Below are positions 16,501 to 20,000 of a DNA stretch of 20,000 nucleotides, one piece after another (position 1 is the first letter of the stretch; each line of letters begins with the position of its first letter). The notes below the pieces were generated by a model. It was not told the DNA's origin. It saw only the letters and a program-made list of their open reading frames with translations, and made no database searches. The DNA lies in the IMG/VR virus record IMGVR_UViG_3300020357_000003; one strand, 5' to 3'. This DNA comes from an uncultured virus (IMG/VR IMGVR_UViG_3300020357_000003). Taxonomy: Duplodnaviria > Heunggongvirae > Uroviricota > Caudoviricetes. The translations under genes and the position numbers were made by a program.

Positions 16501-19500
16501 AGCTAGTTTAGATGAGTTACTTGGGGATACTGTAGAACCTCGACAATCAATAGTCGAAATGGGAGACGTACTACACCAAGTATTTATGGTTCATTTTGAA
16601 GAGGCTATTAAGAATAAATTAGATGAAATTAATTTAGATGCCCCTGTTATGGAAGATGTACCTGTTGAAGTTACACAAGGCGCCTATACGTTTAACGTTA
16701 TAAAGACTAAAGATGGCTTTAGCATTACTAATAAGAAAACAGGCAAACCTGCTCCTAAAAACATGGCAGCGAAGACTCGCAAAGCTATTGAGGATAAGGC
16801 TACTGAGCAACTTAGGGCTGTTAGGCCTGGTTTAACTAAACAAGAAGTTATTGATCTGGTTAAGGATAAACAAGGCTTAATGAAATTCTACCCTCAAGTA
16901 GCTGGTGCTTTAGCTACAAGGCTCCAAGATGGAACAATTGAAGGTGGTATTGATTTAAGTTCTACTAAATTTACAACTAACAAAGGTGATATAGAAGAGA
17001 ACCAAGCTGAAATTAACTTTTATGATCGTGAAAGACAAAAAGATACATCCAGATCTACACCTAAACGATCATTGGTATTCGATGCAGCTGGATTAGCTGT
17101 GCTAATTCGTCAGGTTATCAACCAAGACGCATCAGCTATGACTAGGCTACTTTTGAAAAAAGCAGAAATAAATGCTCTTCATGATGGATTTAATGCCAGT
17201 AGTAATTGGGCAAATTACTTAACAAGAACCTATAACAAAATACACTGGGAACTCAATACAACCCATAGCATTATGGAAGCAATGCATAATCAAATGCTAG
17301 GGGTTCTGCGTAATACAGATCGTAAAGATATAGTAGATGCTATAGAACTAACTGAGAAAGAACAAAAACGAATAGCTAGAGAAGAAAAATTAACTGCTAA
17401 AGCTATTCAATTAATGGAAGAGTTTAGACAAGATATAGATAATCGAACTAAAGCTGCAAAATTAAATGATTTTATAAAGGAACATAAACTTGACGCTGAC
17501 AGATTGAGAATGGGATTTAAGAATGCCAAGGTAGGTAAAACACTTACTAGATTAGATAAAGTAAAAATGCGTGTATGGGAAGCTAATCCAGAATACCTTG
17601 AGTGGAATGACAAATCTAGTCTTAGTGTTATATCTGAAAGAGCTAAAGCAATTACACAAAAAGTACGTGAGCAAAGACAAAAGCTACTAGAAGATGGCTA
17701 CACTAATATAGACCATATGTATAATTTATCTAATGAAGAATTATCTGAAACTGACACACTAAATGAGTTTGAACAAAACTATAATAAGAATACAGAAACA
17801 TTTAGCTTTACATCTTTTGAAGCAATGGGAAAATCTATGGGTTATAACCCAAAGATATCTAGAGATAGTGGTAATTTTAATAAACACTATAGAGAGCAAA
17901 CTAATTTATTTCCTGCTTATAATAAAGATTTAGATATAAAACTTACAAAATTAGGTAAAAAATTGGGTCTTCATTCTTTAGACGCTTTTCCTAAAGGTGA
18001 AATAACTTCTACTGAAGAACTAGGGGCTATTACTAGTGATAATGTTAGATCACTATTTAATAAATTTAAAGCTCTTTCAGGTAAGTACTACGATAGTCAA
18101 GATGAAATGGATTCACATACATCTACGTTAAATGAAGTATTAGATATTATATCTGACGGGTTTCAAGAAACTAATGATCTTACTTTAACAATGGAGAAAA
18201 TAGAAGGAATTACTCAAGCAACTTATGAACCAGAAAGTGAACGCATAACTATGTCTGTTAGTCAATTACCTCCTAGAGGGCGTAATGGGCAATCACCACA
18301 GGAAGCATATCTTCATGAAATGGTTCATGCTATGACATTGGTTGCACTGGAAGAAGATCCTGTATTAGCAGATAGACTTGAAAGCTTACATAATGAATTA
18401 GAAGCTGAACTACATAAAGATTTTAAGGGTGAGGGCTGGAAAGTATTCCGTCCTAAAGGAACTAGTCCAGTTAATTTAGCTACAGGTGCAGAAACTAATC
18501 TAGCAAAAGCACAATATAAACATGCTTTCGACACAGCAAATTCTAAGGATAGACTAACTGAGTTTTTATCAATGGCTCTTACGAATAGATCTTTAATTGA
18601 TTATATGAAATCAAAACAACTTGCTAAAGATCGAAGCTATTTAACTAAATTTATGGAATTCGTTCAATCAATTGTAAATGCTTTTAAACGAATACTTAAT
18701 AAGAAAGTAGAGTCCAATAATACGACAGCTTATGCTGAAGCTATAGCGATTACGGAACAATTAGTTGCTATGCAAAATAAACATAAAAGTAAATATGGTC
18801 AATTAGATAGTAAAACTATTCAATTTTTAGAACGCTCTGACGCTCGGATAATTGAATTTTTTGATCAAGCTGTTGCAACAGTAGCTGCTGAAACAGAAAA
18901 ATACGGGCCAGGTGGAGAAACGGCTCCAATACCATTTAAAGTTGCAACTATGGGTACATATGCAGGGTACCTAACCATGAGTGATAGTGTTCACGCTAAA
19001 GCAACTAGAGATCACATTATGGGTTTGCTTAATTTTACTATGCGTGGTGTTGCTAAAGAAATAGGAGGCGGTGCTTTAGAGAATCCGAAACTGGTAGAAC
19101 AACTACTTCATTCTAAAATTAATATATCTAAAAGACGTAGAGAAGCAGAGACATTCTCTAATGAATGGTTTAAAACTATCTGGAAATCCAGACCAGATGA
19201 TAGTGGAGATGATAAATGGATGTCTTTTGAAACTCGAGAAGCTCTTACTGATGTACTTTTAAGAGCAGATCTATCTAGTCTTCGTAAGATGCATACTTTA
19301 GGATTTGCAGATAAAGATCCTAATGCTACTAGAAAAATTATGAACTTATTAGGAGAGGATAAGGTTGCTAGAATTGAAAGAAGTAGATTAAAAGATCAAA
19401 TTAGAAGGCAACTTGGGTTAACTAAAGATAGTGAAGCTATAGCATATGCAGATGAATTAGGTTACTGGATTGCAACTGGTAAACGCAAAAAACATGATGC

Positions 19501-20000
19501 ATATACTAATGCGTATTCTATTGCTCTTGACCACTTAGAAGGAGACTTTACTCCAGCACAAGTTAATTTATTAGATGCATATGCGACTATATCTTCTATC
19601 CCTCATCTTGATATTCAACAACGGGAGAAAGTTCAGCAACTATCTACTAGAGAATTTAATGCAGATCCAGATGCTAATGGAATGATTGATTTACTCGATA
19701 ATCATATCTGGTACAAAACAAAATCTCAAAGAGATCTGTTTGATGGAGATCCTGTTCAAATGGTTAAAGGCTATATTGTTGAACGTCTGGATAATCTTAC
19801 AGATATTAAAATTGGATCAGCTGCGGATAAAGATAAGATGGCTGCTCGTGGATATAAACACTCGTACCCATTAGGTAAAATAGATAGATCACAAACACTG
19901 GATACAATGTATATCAATAGAAATATTCCAGAAGTAGCTGATATATCCGGGATTATGTCTACGACCAATCAACGACATATGGGAACCTCATTAACTGAAA
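7598..20000 (+). CDS. vRNAP: Giant virion-encapsidated RNA polymerase (N4 gp50-like), >4134 aa, 3'-truncated by the window
   Basis: Manual translation from ATG 7598 (in-frame TAA at 7586-7588 upstream) shows no stop to the window end. Polymerase motifs: QSHHR...NPQ (14747-14791), motif A LYTERDGTSNG (Asp 15299-15301), motif B REVVKYPFIMKMYG = Rx3Kx7YG (15665-15706), motif C ALHDG (Asp 17183-17185). HEMVH at 18314-18328. Confidence 0.95.
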   Translation, partial: MALKEELHNADIVQALTNGATPPKPSARDSLLQTKAASLANVLNAKRNSVHNLKATRLAQVINHKYGMGGATPNVVGTNSDTLSTGEFGNVTFSDKVNPDPVVTDVTADPLTTPKSFTEENEIFTAIDGAAEEFGLPKALFRSLVFEESGNKQTAKSPTNVRGIAQVTQQTMEEMLPGGDVNNAAHQLYAGAKYLSKHVNRWKLKGFDERQAQQLAAASYNTGFSRVLEAIKATKKTHPTMQEIETAGIALFKQRPFKGGVKEGPGGKKVATKKRKDLDSFKEGMGHWKKIHYKDGVLQDFTKPTPQTPFVTKMPEAVEETSKPVSSQTHKPEDKPTPPPIKTIDPSVDISAPGGIAKAVQEAPPADVDLRDTGADRRKAERLQAQRREFKRIDELRKITNKADKEEVVLTPTHKLPHLKEHKPPTPITKPPSVDIDRRDPGKDRARAEKLQAEQRKFKRIDQELSSRKKQKKFSVDSLSGYGDFATGRQDLSANQYLNSGLDTIMDNVQTNKKIIEDKHDSAYFDNKRKQALTKRAEIISDPKGTYQQPAVTPEVPETVPEVTPEAVPQIDVPEPDIYSPRSVPKTVSENIYSPATPRPAEAKTYEDLYSSYKTPNEALIKEIYKLPDFTPSSPIVSVNRNLVELQDGTYRLLTQDGTWMPFSDKIEAQVFMAYDIANYQANLLDHPEETSVSGMYNKLVGGLVDPVETIFQGFVGATTLTEHINDHNNRLKAGSFLSSITHDPNDEITQQDKLNYLAIQENKGLSAELQAFKDSEKYQVIATLDKDAKENQDQQAKLKEFSKIWHEAHPYNRKYIESATTAMRVIAKEHGNAAAALELFKEYKGTLALQGLDSFGYTVALVYGNIPVQLGLLTGLARGRTKANIEQYVAEHGEKALTPEILTDIKIFSTLQEVSEKVSAGIVVKQLKLIPGLGGAGLWGTQITNGVLATIHPTVRTLGKVVWAPPKMFGAEFVQGTTNSMLEQAALQKKVDIGKAAVEGGIPEGFAVGTMAPAMAVGGTAKEVTKKVAKKAWDPSGKKAAAKTDKATKQKIENEIKSTQEKIEKIKKMQEAPSNLKSKLDALTEQLTDLQDAYDEIPNLHGKTLSLPGRPGKLETTNTLLKKLYKPYEQLVSDGAMSLDDAIEAMNDDLEAEIEKRLEEKTNLEEQLPDPITLEDTVEYVQHEGKAVPVGIGARKMTELLELELQLETKIAEHKSNVEKINQSDIPGPKKQEAIKIEEQKHATYLEGAIKKQDKLLNELQAPLNPTMLKVYEKQLIDVNDRRTKVLENESYKASPKSPTMPGSANPKGFRADGTGRDVDKISDEEVDAQITLIKKMSEEEDPDITNFDPSGKFKPGDVVHLNTTDEELLKKGEQGFVIETILGKQERDGKVHVKLAGVTETVPIDSLIFGNKPRTDTTPSTKLDHVEALIDKDLTDAQITKVREQLSKEIKELEEKIGTGKRVLGSLEDRLDEIEKLTPEELEKKLAEAKSPDDIKFWTAKLNQKRIQKERGEKQDAIDKDMATVHEEILEGESKKFKGLHAYYTDIVTALTELTDHVKLTRRLESLVSDMRTHATNINNKLNAFDNAYEIFTSTGKAVAVVGTKAENSRDMTYEVVTDMTETQIDEAHKKKLYNGKFAYVTKIDKNSGRLIDTLAGEVNYGNWIMGVVEGHRNTSMAKNEFNKARNLAEHEEVLRRLKKAKDSLKAPEIDEATIEGISVEDIPTTPTAILKENLEAILQRGLELKKKIDEGTITPEEKNEHESLQQSYIALNKEIQGREKIEGAEPGEQLDLFPEGEVPERSDEPPGPTTTPFDETTPPPRPGEKGEQLSLFDRSAEDTTEKGTQLNLFPNFIEGSKRIYKRAITGGVLKVLGGKLTATNLERQLKVLGAYFTDLVQIGSTRPTLKDAVNTLMDEDFDTQESLVNALMNLGVTQASAETLSKNFTHFKNRYDQVSSIDLSRKEVVIRTVNNVTDVDKDGNPILWKVEELSRDINDAYDKDGQYTRVSREIKDASGNIQTTTKVLPTSELLNVRNHALRAPLTLLLQEDPTGNNNQGVLPNQIVFTMMLTAMSFRQRTPNNNRFKDNDFAKEAFLYSGKNQTLNRNEDEELNDVGFGYHDAAMDMGNHAISILDLRAKKIPKDSPIDQVGADLYFELLAPALGMMALEIAQGTDKGAYFSVEKKYWNFDDYNENRAFNNAPTHEKVSDNEEIRKKYPEGKPIPLEQQQHYLHIKVDENQKWNQSTFDALEEMKSISKANMINSPGPFQTPPPINPSTGTFTEAPKGGEVYETLKRLQNVVWSKLESMDLVADLRDTDVLKELMDVEELYETTEDGEKIQLFHDVEIASKTSRNNGMLDTLQELLQAYDRGELTAFHLAWKLQSHHRYMQVGKINPQNSKLTRGLVGAWGLNKISVDNEQQFTNFKLAINEAFAVEKKDLVESEEAFQNIINHSNVLAAVEAMQRLNAAKGILRTKPKDAKAKKDKDRASQDLSSALSAIKKDNTFKEADITLLNGITALSKYMTVEAIQKTKAGYPSRNKRYTKNFRRIEDKSKSTFETDLYTERDGTSNGWAINVLQFPMWDKEERIRKNSQVGHNLKDKSFDPKEPGVYEDLVKFMQNNDSADVAWEWYKDKYKKKVFSRVSKDLVDKKRYTLTKEGEANFKEDYNKINAALIIIYPEFRDQESMREVVKYPFIMKMYGGGIANIANEVSNEVNKAMYSRISTIQKEYKEIFNNEEEELLRSDIPAFLTKVTNRKGVPDAKQYAKEDLTNRIYTLRIFNSNTIPGLTASQHFGNPWASRDIPGTIKTPDIKTAVNNYKAWLEGTAHQDVEPNRRKWIRKQIGDGNLDDKELVYYTTLSEPSHADVLRDLVEETSKTALPVDTHKYKRYGFFENRKNYEKQIITPFMDALETLNAFNQTDRGALGRMLIEGTKKDLGITPPAFKVKLNDIQVRAELNTRVAPRFEASLDELLGDTVEPRQSIVEMGDVLHQVFMVHFEEAIKNKLDEINLDAPVMEDVPVEVTQGAYTFNVIKTKDGFSITNKKTGKPAPKNMAAKTRKAIEDKATEQLRAVRPGLTKQEVIDLVKDKQGLMKFYPQVAGALATRLQDGTIEGGIDLSSTKFTTNKGDIEENQAEINFYDRERQKDTSRSTPKRSLVFDAAGLAVLIRQVINQDASAMTRLLLKKAEINALHDGFNASSNWANYLTRTYNKIHWELNTTHSIMEAMHNQMLGVLRNTDRKDIVDAIELTEKEQKRIAREEKLTAKAIQLMEEFRQDIDNRTKAAKLNDFIKEHKLDADRLRMGFKNAKVGKTLTRLDKVKMRVWEANPEYLEWNDKSSLSVISERAKAITQKVREQRQKLLEDGYTNIDHMYNLSNEELSETDTLNEFEQNYNKNTETFSFTSFEAMGKSMGYNPKISRDSGNFNKHYREQTNLFPAYNKDLDIKLTKLGKKLGLHSLDAFPKGEITSTEELGAITSDNVRSLFNKFKALSGKYYDSQDEMDSHTSTLNEVLDIISDGFQETNDLTLTMEKIEGITQATYEPESERITMSVSQLPPRGRNGQSPQEAYLHEMVHAMTLVALEEDPVLADRLESLHNELEAELHKDFKGEGWKVFRPKGTSPVNLATGAETNLAKAQYKHAFDTANSKDRLTEFLSMALTNRSLIDYMKSKQLAKDRSYLTKFMEFVQSIVNAFKRILNKKVESNNTTAYAEAIAITEQLVAMQNKHKSKYGQLDSKTIQFLERSDARIIEFFDQAVATVAAETEKYGPGGETAPIPFKVATMGTYAGYLTMSDSVHAKATRDHIMGLLNFTMRGVAKEIGGGALENPKLVEQLLHSKINISKRRREAETFSNEWFKTIWKSRPDDSGDDKWMSFETREALTDVLLRADLSSLRKMHTLGFADKDPNATRKIMNLLGEDKVARIERSRLKDQIRRQLGLTKDSEAIAYADELGYWIATGKRKKHDAYTNAYSIALDHLEGDFTPAQVNLLDAYATISSIPHLDIQQREKVQQLSTREFNADPDANGMIDLLDNHIWYKTKSQRDLFDGDPVQMVKGYIVERLDNLTDIKIGSAADKDKMAARGYKHSYPLGKIDRSQTLDTMYINRNIPEVADISGIMSTTNQRHMGTSLTE
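7976..8473 (+). other. SLT-family (GH23) lytic transglycosylase domain at the vRNAP N-terminus
   Basis: IDGAAEEFGLPKALFRSLVFEESG (catalytic Glu 8039-8041), AKSPTNVRGIAQ (GLMQ-type motif 8084-8095), QLYAGAKYL, AAASYNTG (AYNxG motif, to 8266). Confidence 0.88.
8687..8983 (+). repeat. Diverged ~31-aa internal duplication in the vRNAP
   Basis: PPADVDLRDTGADRRKAERLQAQRREFKRID (8687-8779) versus PPSVDIDRRDPGKDRARAEKLQAEQRKFKRID (8888-8983). Confidence 0.85.
9251..9382 (+). repeat. Pro/Glu/Val/Thr low-complexity repeats and an exact 14-bp direct repeat in the vRNAP linker
   Basis: VTPEVPETVPEVTPEAVP. ATATTTATAGTCCT at 9327-9340 and 9369-9382 (DIYSP / NIYSP). Confidence 0.8.
11660..11824 (+). other. 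KOW/SH3-like beta-barrel domain in the vRNAP
   Basis: FKPGDVVHL...GEQGFVIETI...DGKVHVKLAG..ETVPIDSL: F-x-x-G-D-x-V start and strand pattern typical of KOW/Tudor/SH3 barrels, embedded in coiled-coil sequence. Confidence 0.6.
12971..13153 (+). other. Three tandem beta-sliding-clamp-binding-like motifs
   Basis: QLDLF 12971-12985, QLSLF 13088-13102 and QLNLF 13139-13153, in an acidic Pro-rich disordered linker. Bacterial consensus is QL[S/D]LF. Confidence 0.75.
13250..17720 (+). other. Single-subunit (T7-superfamily, N4 mini-vRNAP type) RNA polymerase domain; boundaries approximate
   Basis: Motifs A, B and C in the correct order. NPQxxKLxR, AGLAV...DA preceding motif C, and terminal IDHM (N4-like VDQM). 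Confidence 0.9.
15923..16219 (+). other. DUF4326-like domain inserted within the polymerase between motifs B and C
   Basis: IYTLR...HFGNPW...AVNNYKAWL...LDDKELVYY...PSHADVL parallels the recalled DUF4326 pattern YIGR...WGNPF...Y..WL...L.GK.L.C.C...CH.DVL, with the Cys residues replaced. Confidence 0.7.
18180..18610 (+). other. Zincin-like metallopeptidase domain in the vRNAP C-terminal region
   Basis: Beta strands (ATYEPESERITMSV), then EAYLHEMVHAMT (HEXXH at 18314-18328), then a downstream candidate third ligand in RLTEFLSMALTN. Confidence 0.8.

Noticed and set aside
19727..19741. QRDLF as another clamp-binding motif
   Set aside because: Lies in an apparently structured C-terminal block (LF.G...KGY) resembling other vRNAPs, not in a disordered linker.
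1..20000. CRISPR arrays, tRNAs, intrinsic terminators, N4-type hairpin promoters, stop-codon reassignment
   Set aside because: The window is almost entirely coding under the standard code with very short gaps; no repeat-spacer array, cloverleaf or GC hairpin with U-tract was seen by eye.

Overview
AT-rich segment of an N4-like podovirus (Schitoviridae or a divergent relative), covering the late structural and ejection gene block, with all genes on the + strand. Gene order mirrors coliphage N4 gp55-gp54-gp53-gp52-gp51-gp50, with two extra small genes: a basic Lys/Ala/Pro-rich ORF and a 68-aa ORF. The dominant feature is absent from the supplied ORF track because it has no stop in the window: one frame from ATG 7598 through 20000 (>4134 aa) encoding a giant virion-encapsidated single-subunit RNA polymerase (vRNAP). 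Manual translation shows an unusually multi-domain protein. In order: an N-terminal SLT-type lytic transglycosylase, low-complexity repeats, a Gly/Ala hydrophobic segment, coiled coils, a KOW/SH3-like barrel, three tandem beta-clamp-binding-like motifs (QLDLF, QLSLF, QLNLF) just before the polymerase, an N4-type polymerase core with motifs A/B/C and a DUF4326-like domain inserted between B and C, and a C-terminal HEXXH zincin. No Cys codon was seen in the vRNAP or in the gp52-like and gp51-like ejection-protein genes upstream. All family assignments come from motif recall and synteny; no database search was run.
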